64,000 nt of DNA from Hypanus sabinus (GCF_030144855.1 NC_082710.1:21576001-21640000), one strand, 5' to 3'. Positions 1-14,230 are shown, counted from the first letter of the stretch. Notes: a model not told the origin generated them from the sequence alone. Translations and numbers: made by a program.

Positions 1-380
1 AGTTACTGTTGCCTTCTTGTCACTTGAACCCATCTAACCGTTCTCCTCTGTCTCTTTCATTAATAAGGTATTTTCATCCACAGAGCTGCCGCTCATTGGA
101 TGTTTTTAACGCACTGTAAACTCTAGACAGTTGTGCATGAAAATCTCAAGAGATCAGCAGTTTCTGAGATCTTCAAACCACCCCATCTAGCACCAACGAT
201 CATTCAAAGTCACTTAGATTACATTTCTTCCCCATTCTGATGTTTGATCTGAACAACAACTGATCCTCTTGACCATGCCTGCATGTTTTTATGCATTGAG
301 TTGTTACCACAAATTATCTAATGAGATATTTGCATTCACAAGGTGTATAGGTGTACCTAATAAAGTAGCAACTGGGTGCA
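1..380 (-). mobile_element. Tc1/mariner DNA transposon remnant (terminal inverted repeat plus decayed transposase N-terminus)
   Basis: The reverse strand from the ATG at 235 reads as a decayed MGKK-x-LSDF...ISETADLL Tc1 HTH start. The terminus gtgtacctaataaagtagcaactgggtg(ca) matches the end of the copy at 32345-32376. Confidence 0.8.
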
Positions 381-1394
381 TGCAAGCAGTAATGTCCTGG
401 GGCTGGGATGAACTCCCTCCATTAACCACAGAATATGTGTGAGGTATGACTGGAACACTGACAGTTTTTCCTCTATCATCAGTTTCTCTGATTATACCAC
501 AGTTTTAATGTGCAATAACAAGTGCTGTTAGTCAAACACAGTTTTCTTTATTAACCATTCCTGAGGAAGCACCTGACAGTCACAAGTTGCTGAATTTGGT
601 AATTCGCCTGCTACTTAAGTACTAGCTGACATGGTGTAGTTGTTGTATGCATGAGAAAACTGCATCAAAAATGACGACGCATGAAAAGGGTTCAAGGCCC
701 AATTTCCTGATAGTTATTTTAAACACCATAATGAACAATGACAGGGTATCTCAACCACTTTGACATGCTGTGAGAGCTTAAGTGGACCATGCATGTTGCA
801 TGCCACACAAGAAACTTCAGGGTCAATTTTTCACCTGAGAAATGGGTGCTTTGCAATCAAAATTCCAGGTCATTGTAGCAAGCAAGCACGGCACTTTTTA
901 TTCCCCTTTATCTAAGGTAGGTTTAAGAGTGCATCACCCATCACATTCCTGTTCATGTTTAAAGAGCTATTTGAGGCATAATCTTCTCTAGGTGAAAACT
1001 TATCTGTCATCTTCGAAATTCAAGCAAAATCAGACAAGATCAGCAGCTGAGCAAAGTAACAACAATTGTGCATCTGATCCTTGAGCGCACAGAAGACGAC
1101 ACAGGTAAGTAGCCATTGAGTCAATCACTGAACTATAAAAGATTAACTACTGTAATAATCAAAGACATTTCGACAATACGTGATAGCGGAAGTTAAAACC
1201 CAAAATGATGAACAGAGTTATGTTCCTGCCTCAAGGAAAGATTGAAGGCAGATCCTGGTTTCGAATTTGGAACATGGTTTATTCTGTATAATAGAATCAT
1301 TGTTACAGGACAGGAAGCCAACTACCGTCCTTTCACATCCATGGCAGTTAAAAAGGGAACTATTTAGGTTATTACACTTCCCGGATCTCAGTTA

Positions 1395-1692
1395 AAATCA
1401 GAATTAAGTTTATTATCACCGAATAGGTTGTGAAATTTGTTGTTTTGCAGCAGCAGTACTGTGCAATACTTTAAAATTACAAAAAAGTTACAATAAGAAA
1501 TATATTTCTAAAAATAAACGTGTAAAAAGAAAGCAAAAAAGTGAGGTATTGTTCATGGGTCATGGACCATTCAGAAAGACAAGGGCAGAGGGGAAGAAGC
1601 TGTTCCTATCAGATTGAATGTGCATCCTCAGGTTCCAGAAGGCATGTCCTGGATGGTGAGGACCCATAATGATAGATGCTACCTTCTTTGCG
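1395..1692 (-). mobile_element. Rex1/Babar(L2-like) LINE 3' fragment
   Basis: Starts with the reverse-complement tail aatcagaattaagtttattatcac and is homologous to the fragment at 19923-20900. Confidence 0.65.
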
Positions 1693-2765
1693 ATATCCAA
1701 ACTAGAAGACAATTGCTGCTAGTTGGAAAGCATAAATCAATGTCAGTGATAAAACTGGTCTAGTACACAAGGCATTTCATAAGGAAGCATTATCGAAAAT
1801 AGTAAGTTTGATTCCACAAAAAGTCAGACTCCATTCATAATAATATTCAATGAATGACACAGATGTAAACTACCTTAATTACCATTTCTTTGACTGGTCA
1901 CCTTCCAAAATTAAAAATCCTGAGTATCACTGTAAGTCACAGATGGAACTTTAAAATGGATGGCCATACAATTTACCCTAACCTACCTAACCTTTTGTGT
2001 GAGGTGCTCTGGATTTCCAACATCTGCAGAATTTCTTGTGTTTAAAATTTTTATTGCCAATTTTATCCAGATTACAGGTAGGCAAAATACAAGGATAGAA
2101 TTGAAATGTATTAACACTTAAGTTATCAGAATTGGTACAAAGCAATTTGACTTTAATTTAATTTCTGATCATAATTATACATCAGCTTTCAAGAAATCAG
2201 AATGGATTATTCTACATGGTGATAAAAGATATTTCATTATTCATTATAAGACAATGAAAATCAACAGAGATTTAATCCAGGTAACAAAAGAATTTAAGTA
2301 CTTCTGTTACAAATAGTAATACACTAATATAAAAAAAGACTGTGAAAATAAATCCAGTTATATTTTCTGTCACCCACATATAATTATAGGTTATAGATAG
2401 AAACAATGACAGAATGAAGAATATTCTACTTTACAAGCAACTACTAAATCTGTAATTTAGTAGTTAGTTCAAATTCTCAATTTTTATCTTTTATAAAAAA
2501 AGAAAATAACACTTAATCGCAAAAATATTTTTCAAGTGCTAAGTGCCTAAATCAATCTTGAATCACGTGAAAAGAACAGACTTGATAAAACAAAGGCAGG
2601 GCTTATTTCCATTTTGAGCTCAAACATATACCTTGCACATCTCTGCCTGCTCTTGAGGTCTGTCATGCATTCAACATAACATTTTAACCAGCTTGACTTT
2701 ATCATTATTTCACTTTCAGTTAAGGCAAGGTAGTAACAAGTTGTGATGGTAAGGTACCCTGTGAT

Positions 2766-2910
2766 AACACAAAATACACTGCAGATGCTGTAGTCAAAGC
2801 AACACACACAACACGCTGGAGGAACTCAGCAGGTCCGGCAGCATCCATGGAAACGAACAGTCAACACTTCAGGCTGACACCCTTCATCAGGACCGAAGAG
2901 GAAGGGGGCC
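2766..2910 (-). mobile_element. Penelope-like element terminal repeat (pLTR) containing a degenerate hammerhead motif
   Basis: aacacaaaatacactgcagatgctg...gctggaggaactcagcagg...cccttcatcaggac. Same unit as the 3' end of the GIY-YIG-bearing fragment at 42133-42914. Confidence 0.75.
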
Positions 2911-3234
2911 TCTTGTCCTCACCTACCACCCCACCAGCCTCATTTTAATGTATGTCAAAAGAAATTAAGACTATTAAGCAATTTTTTTAACCTGTTGCCA
3001 TTTTGGTAATTGATTACAAAGTAATGAGGTTACAAATTAAAATGAAGTTGTTTATATTTTTTCCCATAACAAGCATGCCAACTACCTTGCATTAAGAAAT
3101 CCAAGAATAAATAGAAAGATCTATTCATATAGCAATATTTTCTACTTTTAACAAATTAACATCCATTCTAGTAAAAATGATGAAACAATTGTTCCATACT
3201 TGGAAAATAGCACTTATTCCACCTTGTAATCAAA

Positions 3235-3960
3235 AATATAAGATTGATCAGCATGGATTTCAAAAGGGACAGTTGTGGCTAAACAAAATTATTTGAAAAT
3301 ATAACAGATAAAAAGGCAGACATTAGTGAGGGATGGATAAGACTGACAAATCAATATTTCTGGGTGGGATACAAACGGTACAGGTGTGACAGAGATGGAA
3401 GTGAGAGAGGAGGAGTAGTTGCTTTTCTGATTGTCTTACCACTTCTTTTCCCCCCCCACTCGAGTCTTGTTACAGTTTCAACCCAAAACATCAACAATTC
3501 CTTTCCTCTGATAGATGCTGCTTGACTTGCAGAGTACAGTTTCTTATGCTCCGTTGTATCCAGTGAAGTTTAGAAGAGTCATAACAAGGGAACTTAGTTA
3601 AGACAAAATCCTGAGGGATCTTGACAAAGTGAGCATGGAGAGGATGTTCCCTCTTGTGGCAGCATCTAGAGCTAGGGCTCATTGTTTAAAACTAAGGGAT
3701 TGCCCACATAAGATACAGATTATTTTTTGCATGATTGATTTGGGGGACAGAAGTTCTTATTTCCTCAGAGGATGGTGAAAATATAGTTTCTGAATAACTT
3801 TAAAGAAGAGATTGATATTTGTTTGATAAACAAGGAGATGCAAGATTTCTTTGTGTAGATAGAAATGAGCAGCTGAGAATAAAATCAAAGCAGCCTATTA
3901 TTATTAAATAGCGGAGCAGATTTGACAAACTAAGTTCCTGCTCATAATTCCAACATCTGT
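3235..3960 (+). mobile_element. Degraded CR1 LINE fragments, with a decayed Penelope end inside (~3440-3560)
   Basis: cagcatggatttc (QHGF motif), gagaggatgttccctcttgtgg..tctagagctagggg (RMFPL..SRTRGH) and a CR1-like 3' tail. Confidence 0.6.
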
Positions 3961-4729
3961 TTGTTCATGCATAATATTTGTGGATTACCAGGTTTCCAAT
4001 TGGAGATTACATAATGCACTTGTGATTAACCTTGAAACATGTGATGTAGGGAACAAGCAGCAATATGAACAAATAGTGGGCTACAAAATAGAAAGTGGAT
4101 GTCAAAAGGCTAAAAATTGAAAACAGTGTTCCACAGTTCCAGGACAACTTATATCAACAATTTCAACTGAAGAACCAGAAATATCATTTCTAAATTTGAA
4201 GACAAAACTAGCACTGTAATTCAAAGGAAAACTGTGACATTATAAGAATACATTATAAATTATAAAAATTAACATCTAATTAAGAAATAAATTAGAATTT
4301 AGATAATTGTGAAATGGGAAGTAAAAGGAGGCCAAATTGTGTTTGAATCGTGACAGTCTAAACAGGAAACAAAAGTAAGAGATTCCAGTAAATCATCAAA
4401 AATGGAAATACAGGTTAAAGAACAATTGAAAATGTAGCAGCTACAAGAGCTGATTTTTCTAACAAATGGAACACCAAATTAAGCTCTTTTGAGTGTCAAT
4501 ACCTTTCACTTCTTCCAGCTGAATAAAACCGTAAGCCAACATACTTCAATCTCAATTATCATGCACAGCTACATCAATAACTGCATGGAAAAGCAATAAG
4601 CAGATTGAGTATAATAAAGGGGCAGCATATGTGTCTATATTTATGCTTGTTTCTGCATATATTTGGCGTTAACAATAAAATTTCTCTATTTATATGTATT
4701 TTGTGTGACAAAGCTGATAATTTCACACA

Positions 4730-6220
4730 AGTGTAAAAGAGAAGTGAGTATAGATATTGGTAGTAATGGGAGACAACAAAATGTCGGATGAACTGAATAA
4801 GTATTTTGCATCAGTCTTCACTGTGGAAGACATTAGCAGTATGGTGGAAGCTCCAGGTGTCAGGGGATATGAAGTGTGTAAAGTTAGAGAGAAAGTTTTT
4901 GGGAAATTGAAAGGTCTGAAGGTAGATAAGTCACCTGGAGCAGATGGCAAACACCCCAGAGTTCTGAAAGAGGTGGCTGAAGAGATCATGGAGGCATAAG
5001 TAATGGTCTTTCAAGAATCACTAGATTCTGGAATGGTTCCTGAAGACTGGAAAATTGCAAATGTCACTCCATTCTTCAAGAAGGAAGAGAGGCAGAAGAA
5101 AGGAAACTGTAGACCAGTTAGCCTTACCTCAGTGGTTGGGAAGATGTTGCAGTTGATTATTAAGGTCTCAGGGTACAAGAAGGCACATGGTAAAATAGCC
5201 CATAGTCAGCATGGTTTCCTCAAAGACAGATGTTCTTTGACATATCTGTTGGAATTCTTTTAAGAAATTAAAGCAGGATAGACAAAGGAGAATCGATTGA
5301 TATTGTGTCCTTAAATTTTCAGAAGGCTTTTGACAAGGTGCCACACATGAGGCTGCTTAACAAGCTATGAGCCCTTGGTATTACAGGAAAGATTCTAGCA
5401 TAGATAATGCAGTGGGTGATTGGCAAGAAGCAAATATTGGGAAGAAAGGGAGTCTTTTCTGGCCAGTTGCCAGTGACTGCTGGTGTTCCACAATGCTATT
5501 TGTTGAGACCAATTCTTTTTACATTATATGTCAATGATTTGGATGATGGAATTGATGGTTTTGTTGAAAAGCTTGCTAACGATATATAGATAGGTGAAAT
5601 GGCAGGTATATTTGAGGAAGTAAAGAGGCTACAAAAGAACTTGAAACAGATTAGGAGAATGGGCAAAGAAATGGGAGACGGAATACAGTGTTGGAAAGAT
5701 TATGTTCATGCACTTTGGTAGAAGAAATGAAAGGGTTGAATATTTTCTAAATGGAAAGAAAATACAAAAAAAACTGAGGTCCAAAGGGACATGGTAGTCC
5801 TTGTGCAGGATTCTCGAAAGGTTGATTTGCAGGTTGAGTCTGTGGTGAGGAAGGTAAATGCAACGTTACCACTCATTTCAAGAGGACTAGAATATAAAAG
5901 CAAGGGTGTAATGTTGAAATTTTATAAAGCATTGGTGAGGCCTCACTTGGAGTATTGTGAGCAAGTTTGTGCTCCTTATCTTAGAAAGGATGTGCTGAAA
6001 CTGCAGAGAACGTTTCCTATGGTGGGAAAGCCTAAGACCAGAGGACACAGTCTTAGAACAGAGGGGTACCCTTTTCGAACAGCGATGAGGAATTTCTTTC
6101 GCAAGCAAGTGGTGAATCTGTGGAATTGTTTGCCACAGGCAACTATCGAGGCCAAGTCTTTATGTATATTCAAGGCAGAGGTTGATAGATTCTTGATTGG
6201 TCGAAGGGCTATGGGGAGAA
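4730..6220 (+). mobile_element. CR1 LINE, 5'-truncated, pseudogenised reverse transcriptase
   Basis: ORF fragments contain LNKYFASVFT, KSPGADG.HPRVLKE, VPEDWKIANVTP, RPVSLTS, QHGF, GVPQ, YVNDLD and YKALVRPHLEYC. Many stops and frameshifts. Confidence 0.92.
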
Positions 6221-6249
6221 TACATAATACATAAAATACATAATACATA

Positions 6250-6750
6250 AAATGCTCAGCAGGTCAGGCAGTATCTATGGATATGAATACACAGTCGACA
6301 TTTCAGGCCGAGACCCTTCATCAAGACTGGAAAGGAAGGGGGAAAAGGTCAGAATGTACATGGAGGCCATGTCGAATGTACTCTTTTCCATAGATTCTGC
6401 CTGGCCTACTGATTTCCTCCAGTATTTTGTTTGTGTTGCTTGGATTTCCAGCATCTGCAGATTTTCTCTTGTTAATGAGGTGACAGGTGAGCCTAAGTAG
6501 ATGGAGGAAGCACAATGACATAAGAAGTTGGGAGGTGATAAGAAGAAAAGGTAAAGGGCCGGAGAAGGAGGATTCAGACAGGAGAGGGAAGTAGACCATT
6601 GGCGAAAGGGAAGAAGGAGAGCTCCCATGGAGAGGAGATAGCTGGGTGAAGAAAAAAGGAGCGGTAAGAAGGGAATCAGAATGGGGAATTGAATAGGTGG
6701 AAAGGAAGGTGGGGGTAATTACCCAAAATCAGAGAAATCATACCACTGGA
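6250..6750. mobile_element. Compound Penelope-like element remnant (minus-strand pLTR/3' UTR with a plus-strand pLTR end at ~6370-6473)
   Basis: Two oppositely oriented copies of the pLTR unit, followed by purine-rich sequence like the inverted part of 42230-42400. Confidence 0.7.
6292..6329 (-). ncRNA. Minimal type I hammerhead ribozyme motif (best-preserved copy; first core C mutated to U)
   Basis: Minus strand reads CAGTC TTGATGA A GGGTCTCGGCCT GAAA TGTC GACTG: stem I CAGTC/GACTG, a (C)UGAUGA box, stem II, GAAA box and GUC cleavage triplet. Confidence 0.65.
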
Positions 6751-6939
6751 GGTGAACTTTGGTTACCAACTACAGTGGACGTGGCAGAGAACGCAAATGA
6801 ATTATTGATTACAAAATTCAGGAAAACCTAACAGTTTAAAGAATAAAGGTATATTCTGTGAAGACCTAAATAAGGTCAATAGCATTATTATTAAAAACTA
6901 ACAACTCAAGAATACTCAGAACTACAAGAATAAGGAGTC

Positions 6940-7730
6940 AACATGCTCAATAAGACAAAAGAGATGGGTATCAACCTCAGGGGAACTCACACCACTCTTT
7001 ACATTAGCAGCACAACAGTGAAAACTACAAGCAGTTTCAAACTCCTGGGAGTGCACATCTCACACAGCCTCTTGTGGTCTCAAACACATTCTGCACAATC
7101 AGGAAAGCTCACCACCACCTCTGCTTTTTAAGGAGGCTGAAGAGAGCTGGACTATGCGCATCCACATCATTCTCTAAATACACGGTAGAAAGCATCCAAA
7201 CAAGCTGCATCACTGCATGATAAGGACACTGCACTGCAGTCATCAGGAAGTGTAGTGAATATTGCCCTAGGCATCACTGGCACCTGCCTTCAAGGACATA
7301 TATATAGAAAGGTGCCAGTAAAAGGCTAGCAACATCATAAAAGGATCCCACCCACCCTACTCATGGACTGTTTGTTCTACTCCCTTCAGGGAGCAGACTA
7401 CACCGCATCCATGCCAGGACCATCAGACTAAAAAGCAATTACATTTCCTCATGTGGTAAGGCAGATCAACATCTCAACCCACTAACCCATTCCACCACAT
7501 CACCTTCTACCCGTCGGAGTCACCTTGTGTACAGACAATCTTACACCTGGAATCACTTACGCACGTAAATCAATCTAAGTATAAAAGCTGTCTTGTTTAT
7601 TTGTATTTATTGTGTTTGTTATTATTATGTTCTTTATCTTAATGTGTTTTTGTGCTGAAGCAGATCCAGAGTAACACTTACTTATTTCTTCTTTACCCAT
7701 GTACTAGAAATGACATGAAACAATCTTACA
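6940..7730 (+). mobile_element. Rex1/Babar LINE 3' portion
   Basis: LNKTKEM...SSFKLLGVHISHSLLWS; the DUF1891-like region is decayed; 3' UTR follows. Confidence 0.75.
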
Positions 7731-7889
7731 TAAAGCCCTCCGCACCATTGAGCAGATCTACACGTAGTGTTGTCACAGGAAAGCAACATCCATCATCAGG
7801 GACACCGCCACCTAGGTCATGCTCTCTTCTCTCTGCTGTTCTCAAGGAGGTTGTACAGGAATCTCAGGACTCACACCACGATAAGAGGC

Positions 7890-9110
7890 AATTACAAAAA
7901 TCCAAAAGCCACAAAAAGAAGAAACACCAATGGCAATCTATTTTTAAAGGATCACACTGGACAACAGAGTAAAGTGCTAAATTAGGGGAAGGTTAATTAC
8001 ACCATTATCAGGCAGGAGCAGGGGAAAGTCGATTAGGAGAGACTGTTATTGGTTAAATCCACATCTGACACGTACAATTCATTTAAAGGCCCACTCATCA
8101 GAATTTAGTGCCTACATTTCCTGCGAAGAAAACAAACAAGGATAGGAAGATTTGGAAACTTTTAATGACAAGAGATGTTATGAATTTTATCACAAAGAGG
8201 AAGCGTACCTCTATCAGGTACATGGAAGGGAATGATATGGAGGGTTATGGTCCAGGTGCAATGGGACTAGGCAGTTTAAATGGTCTGACACAGACTAGAT
8301 GAGTCAAAGGGCCTGGTTCTGTGTTGTACTTTTCTAAGACTCTACGGATTAGGAAGGTAAAATTGTTCAGAGCCCTTGAAGAATATGAAGAAAGCACCAT
8401 ACAGGTTATATAGGGGATCAATAGAGCTGAACGGGTCATGAAGTGACCTTAACAAGTCACATTAGGGAGAATCCAAAGGCATATTATGCATATATTAAAA
8501 ATAAAAGAGTGTCTTGGGAGAGGGTAGGTCTACTCAAGGACAAAGGAGGAAATTGATGCTTGGAGCCAGTTGAAATAGGTGAAATACGAAATGAGTAATT
8601 CATGATACTCACTAAGAAGGATGGAATTAATATAAGGCGTTGGAGAGAGTGCAAAAGAGATTCACCACAAGGTTGCTTGGATTAAAGAGTATTGGCTCTG
8701 CAGAGAGGTCAAACTAACTTGGATTGTTTTCAGAGTTGTTCTTTACAGCATTATAAATTGTGGGTGAATATGATAGAAATATATAAAATTATGAGAGGCA
8801 TTGATGGATTACATAAGGGTCATTTTCCCAGGGAGAAAGTGTCGAATACTATAAGGCACAGATTTAAAGTGATGGGGGAATGTTTATGGAAGATTTGCGA
8901 GACAGTAGAGTGATAAGTGCCTTGAATTTATTGCCAGAGCAGGTGACAGAAGCAGATATGCAGCAATGTGAGGCATTTAGTCAGGTACCTGAACAGATAG
9001 GGGATGGAAGAATATAGTTAATACACACAGTTTGGATTAGTTAAAATCAGCATCATGTTGGCACAGGCTTCATGGACCAAAAGGCCTGTTCCTGTGTAGT
9101 AATGTTCTAA
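7890..9110 (+). mobile_element. Degraded CR1 LINE with a short CR1 3'-tail insertion (~8215-8345)
   Basis: IRENPKA..AYIKNKR-like sequence, EIYKIMRGIDG and a CR1 3' tail. Confidence 0.7.
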
Positions 9111-10057
9111 TGTTTTATAGGATCATTAGCAAACACCTTGTAAAGGATACAGTCCATCTCAACTAAAATGAAACAGGACCATTTTGTTAAACTCAGTCCA
9201 ATACCAAATTATCCAGTGAAAATTAGAAGATATATTTCTGCAGGTTGTAAATTGGTGCTGATCAGAACAGAATGAAAATGTATGAGAAAAGCTCTTGCTG
9301 ACCCTTGGCAGTATCTGCTACCAGCAACTTTAAATACAGATCAAATGGAGGAAACAGACAATGGAACTGCAACACATTTGTTCAGGCATTTTGCCTGAAG
9401 CATTTAAATAGACATTTCAGAATCTATGGAAAGTGCTTAATGGATTATAAAGAGCTTAAGGATATCTAGGAATTATAGTTAGGATAAAAATATGAAGATA
9501 TGAGAATAATTTAAGAGGGAAATTCTTGAGAACTTAACATAAAGAATCAATGTGCCCAAGGAATTAGATTAACACAGATTGGGGTGGTGGGTGAAGGGAG
9601 TCAACCTTTGACTTCAGGAACACTTTGCAAAGTGTAAAATTGGTACAAGATCAGAATACCAATCTTTACACGTTGGTAATCAGGTTCACAGGTAATAAAC
9701 CAGTCTCCATAGTTAGAAACAGAGTAAGTATATTTAATGAAGACGTTTTTCCTGAGATTTGGCAGCAACTCAAATTTTAACCACGAATGGAGATCTTCCA
9801 GAACTCTGTGAATTTGACAATTGAGGGAGGAGCAGATAATTCCAGCAAGTAACTGCCCTTTAAAGCTCTACTGGTGGGCCAGGAGAAGCAGGAGCGCTTA
9901 GCCATCACATAACAGTCCCCAGTTTCTCCAGTGTTTCTTCTGTTCTGTACCGACAATTCCTATCCTCCCAACTATTTTTCAAAGCCTCCTATTTCTGCAG
10001 TGGCTACATGATCAAGTACCAACTCCACACATATCATTTTCTTTTCAATTTCTCCTA

Positions 10058-10236
10058 CATAAGAACTTAAGAAGTAGAAGCAGGAGTCGGCCATCTGGAC
10101 TGTCGAGCCTGTTTCGCCATTCAATAAGATCATGACTGATCTGGCCATAGACTCATCTCCACCTTCTTGCCTTTTCCTCATAACCCTTAATTCCCCTACT
10201 ATGCAATAATCTATCCAACCTTGTCTTAAATATATT
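10058..10236 (-). mobile_element. CR1 LINE 3' end
   Basis: Reverse-complement tail acataagaacttaagaagtagaagcaggagtcggccat, homologous to the CR1 end at 43656. Confidence 0.8.
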
Positions 10237-10519
10237 TATATTTTTGTTATATTATATACTTATATCCTCCTTTGAAAATGATACCCATGAGTTCGCCTAA
10301 TCTTTCCTCCTGTCTGTTAGATGGTTCAACACTCCCCAGTAATATCACATAACCTTGTTCTATATGCTCTCTTGGTTGCTGCTTTGATAATTGCTACACC
10401 AGACATAATTCTCCTTCATGAATTGTTGATGCATGTTCCCAGTATTTTATAACACATTTTATATCCTGCTTCACAAAACTCAAGATATGAAACACACAAA
10501 ATGGGAAAAAACCTCTTAT

Positions 10520-10700
10520 AGTTTGGTTTGGTGGTGTGGGGGTGGTTGGATTGGGACTGTGGGAGGGAACCAGAGCACCAGGAGGAAATCTACGCAGTCA
10601 CAGGGAAAATGTACAAACCCCTTACAGGCAGCAGTGGTAATTGAACCAAGGTCACCTGTACTGTAAAGTGTTATGCTAACCACTATGCTATCATGCCGCC
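10520..10700 (-). mobile_element. V-domain (HE1-type) tRNA-derived SINE
   Basis: Reverse complement contains ggcggcatgatagcatagtggttagc (A-box head), ggttcaatt (B-box) and the V-domain tttcctcctggtgctctggttccctcccaca. Confidence 0.7.
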
Positions 10701-10997
10701 CCTTTAATTTGTTCCTCTCCAAATTTTATTAGCCTGACAGTATGAGAAAATGGAGAAATATGCCATTTATTTGCAGTGCCGTACCAACTTGCTTTAAAAA
10801 TCTTTTTCACTTCACTAAAAGTTTTATGGTGTTTGATTTCAGAAGAACCGAATAGTGGCATATGCTTAAATCTGTAACTATTATTGATAAGTGGTAATAT
10901 ATCAATATTGATAATATGACAATAAATTTAACTTTGACTTTTCAGGCATCCAGTTATATACATTTTTTAATGGAAAGCATGGATTAAATTAAAATAA

Positions 10998-11000
<3 letters not shown>

Positions 11001-11029
<29 letters not shown>
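11001..11029. repeat. (AT)n microsatellite
   Basis: About 14 AT units. Confidence 0.95.
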
Positions 11030-11035
<6 letters not shown>

Positions 11036-11680
11036 GTTTTAATTCAGGTAAAGCTGCCAGTTCTGGCTAAGGAATGTTAATTGAATGACATTTTCTGTGA
11101 TGTGCTATTATGAACAAATATTCAAAATACAGAATATTTTAAATTCCTTTTTTCACACTTCTGTTGCATTTCTGGTCAATATTAATCTTGAAATTTCTTA
11201 TGCTCTTGTTTGAACCAGCAATTATGTACAAAACTTCATTACTAGAAATGGCAATTGTTCCATTCAGGGAAAGTGCTAAGATGCAATCTACGAGAGTGAA
11301 ATCAAAACACACTAGACACTATGTTTCATTTAAATTAGGTAAGTGCTAACATCAATGCTTGTTCAAGCATCAAAATTTCTACTGGTTGTTGTGGTTGTCA
11401 GGTGAAATTGGAGGTGAAGAGTGAGGAAAAATGGGTACAAACAGGTCCAGCAAACCGCTTTAAAATTTACATGGTAAAGGGAATAACATTCTATTAGAGG
11501 TAATCTTAAAACTAGGCTGCTATGTAAACAAGTTATCATATTCAAGACAGTCCACTTATAGGAGGACCTCCTGACACAAGTAAATGCCTGACCCCATTTT
11601 CATATTTACCTACCTTACCAAAAGAGAAATCTCTTGGTGCCTTTTGCCATTACCTTGGCAGGCCTTTAGAGAGAATGCTT

Positions 11681-12388
11681 TAGATAGATAGATAGACAGA
11701 CAGACACTTTATTGATCACAAAGAAAATTACAGTGTCGCAGTAGCATTACAAGCGCACAGATATACAATTATTAGAAGAGACCAAGAATGAATAAAAACA
11801 GTCTAATGGGGGTGGGGGGGGGGGTCACCACTTCCCTAACTATAGGTTGACTCATTATAGAACCTAATGGTCAAGGGTAAGAATGACCTCATATAGCGCT
11901 CTTCGAAGCAGTGCAGTTGTCTTAGTCTCCTGAAAGTGCTCCTCTGGTCAGCCAAGGTGGCATGCAGGTGGTGAAAAACATTGCTGAGAATTGCTAGGTT
12001 ATCAATAGGTCCTCTGTTCTACCACAGCCTCCGTGTGTCCAGTTTGTCTCCTATAACAGCCTTTCTAATCAGTTTATTGAGCCTGTTGGTATCACCTGTG
12101 TTGATGCTATTGTCCCAGCACACCACTGAATAACAGATTGTACTGGCAACAGCAGACTGGTGGAACATGTGAAGGACAGGTCTGTGTTCTCCAAAGGATC
12201 TCCTCAGGAAGTAGAGGCGACTCTGGCCCTTCTTGTACACAACCTCTTGTGTTGGTGCTCCACTCAAGTCTGTCATCCAGGTGCACCCCCAGGTATTGTA
12301 GGTCCTCACCAAATCCATGTCCTCACCATCAATAATAACTGGGTGCAGTGCAGGCTTAGTCTTCCTGAAGGCCATTACCATCTCCTTT
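11681..12388 (-). mobile_element. Rex1/Babar LINE 3' portion with (GATA/GACA)n tail
   Basis: ORF 12019-12381 contains VYKKGQSRLYFLRR, FHQSAVASTICYSVVCW and RLNKLIRKA. The tail is AATAAA followed by a tetranucleotide repeat. Confidence 0.85.
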
Positions 12389-12517
12389 AACTTTATTCAA
12401 CATTTTATTCAAAAGTTACACATCTATGCAAGAATCAAAGTCAAAACCTGAAGAATATCTGCATGACTTTCTAATTACAAATAATACCATATTAGCTACT
12501 AACACTTCAGTCTAATT

Positions 12518-12690
12518 AAGAACATAAGTAAGAACAAAACGCCACTCAGCCCCTCAAGCCTACTATTTCATTCAACAGCTTCATAGTGATTGCAAACATT
12601 CCTTGACCACTTTCCTGCCCATTCTCCAAAATACATGATTCCCTTCCTGATTAAAAATCTATCTAAATAGATAGATAAAGAGTAAATATT
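12518..12690 (-). mobile_element. CR1 3' end, degraded
   Basis: aagaacataag...gccactcagcccctcaagcct pattern. Confidence 0.6.
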
Positions 12691-14048
12691 GGGCATTAAA
12701 CCTGAAGAATCAACTGTGTGGCATGGAATCATTGACAATGAACTTACCTTAAAAAGTTGAAGGGGTCTTATACCTCGTGAAAATTCACTCTACTGCACTG
12801 GAATATTGGTCAAGAATATGACATTAATATTTCAGTAAATTTGTACAAGCACAGAACAAAAACTTGAAAAATTGTGAAAGGTCAGATAGAAATGAATTTG
12901 CTATGCATCTACAATAACATCAAATCTTCTTGATACTTTACAACTGTCTACAGATCCACCTACACTCACAATATTCAAAGTGCCCTAAAGGCTATATGGT
13001 TTCTCCAGATGACCTAGCTCAGAGCTTTCATCAAAGGTGCAATCCAATATTCAAGGAAGCATAAAAATCTCATTGACACAATTATTTTCAATTCTTTTCA
13101 GAATATAAAATGAAAGATTTTATTCATTATACTCCTGCTTGTTGTTTGAATGGAAGCAAAGGAAAAAAAAAATCTAAGAAAGGAGGTCTAAAGCATCACT
13201 AATGACATCAGAAACAAGCACAGGAAGTCCATGGGCCTTGATAAATAATTGAGAGAAGCCCCAATGGGTGACTGCACATTGCTTGCAGCTTAGAAGGAGG
13301 GCATCAATTCAGTCATGTGTTACTTGGCCTCACTCAAAGAAATTTTCTCCCCAACTCTGCAGTCTTTCACCTGCCCTTTTAACCACAATTAAACCTTGCC
13401 GGACAATCATGATTTACAATTACTAAAAATTCTGGCACAGGCTGAAAAGATTAGTAATAACATTGGCATAATAGTGGTGGGAACTGGCAAAATTTCAAAT
13501 CCAACTTCCAGAATCCAAAGTTGGTTTGAACCTACACTCATGCATGGTGTTACCTCTGAAATAAGCATTTAATTTTGTTTTGCACAATGAACTGGTTTCC
13601 TAACCCTACACTAGCTTCTGTTATTAATATTTTGTTTTGGCAGTTACCTGGGCATTATTTTCACTAAAGCATCTATTCTGCTAATTGCAGAGATATGTGA
13701 GGTGTGAGAAAATGAACCGCATTAAGAAAAAGTAATTGGGCAGAGAAGTAGAGATGGTTAAATGAAAAACTAATGGGATGGGGAAAAAAGGAAGATATTG
13801 AGAGCACAGAAAAGGGTATCTGGGGATTGAGAACACAAATGGTACCTTGAATTAGCAAGCAATCGTTTTTTATATATGATAGTCAATTACTAGTCTGCCA
13901 GCCTATTGATACAACAGTTAAATCTAAGCAGCAACCCATGAAAATGCATGACATATGTTGATCAGGCAGTTCATATACATGTATTTCAGTACAATGGAAA
14001 CTAGAGTCATTACATAATCCTGAACTTAACATCACAATGTGATTTGTG

Positions 14049-14230
14049 GGCAGCACCATGGCACAGCTGGAGGTTCTGCTGTCTTACATTTCCCGGTATC
14101 CCTGATCTCTCCTGCTGTCTGTCTAGCTTCATTTTTTCCTCTCTGGTTTCCTCTGGGTGTTCCAGATTCCTTCCACATGTCAAAGATGTGTGGGTTGGTA
14201 GATTAATTGGCCACTGTAAACTGCCCTGTG
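14049..14230 (+). mobile_element. V-domain (HE1-type) SINE
   Basis: ggtttcctctgggtgttccagattccttccacatgtcaaagatgtgtgggttggtagattaattggccactgtaaactgccc (V domain). Confidence 0.7.

Noticed and set aside
992-1104. Plus-strand AG..GTAAGT-bounded exon candidate
   Set aside because: Stops in all three frames and no supporting partner exons.
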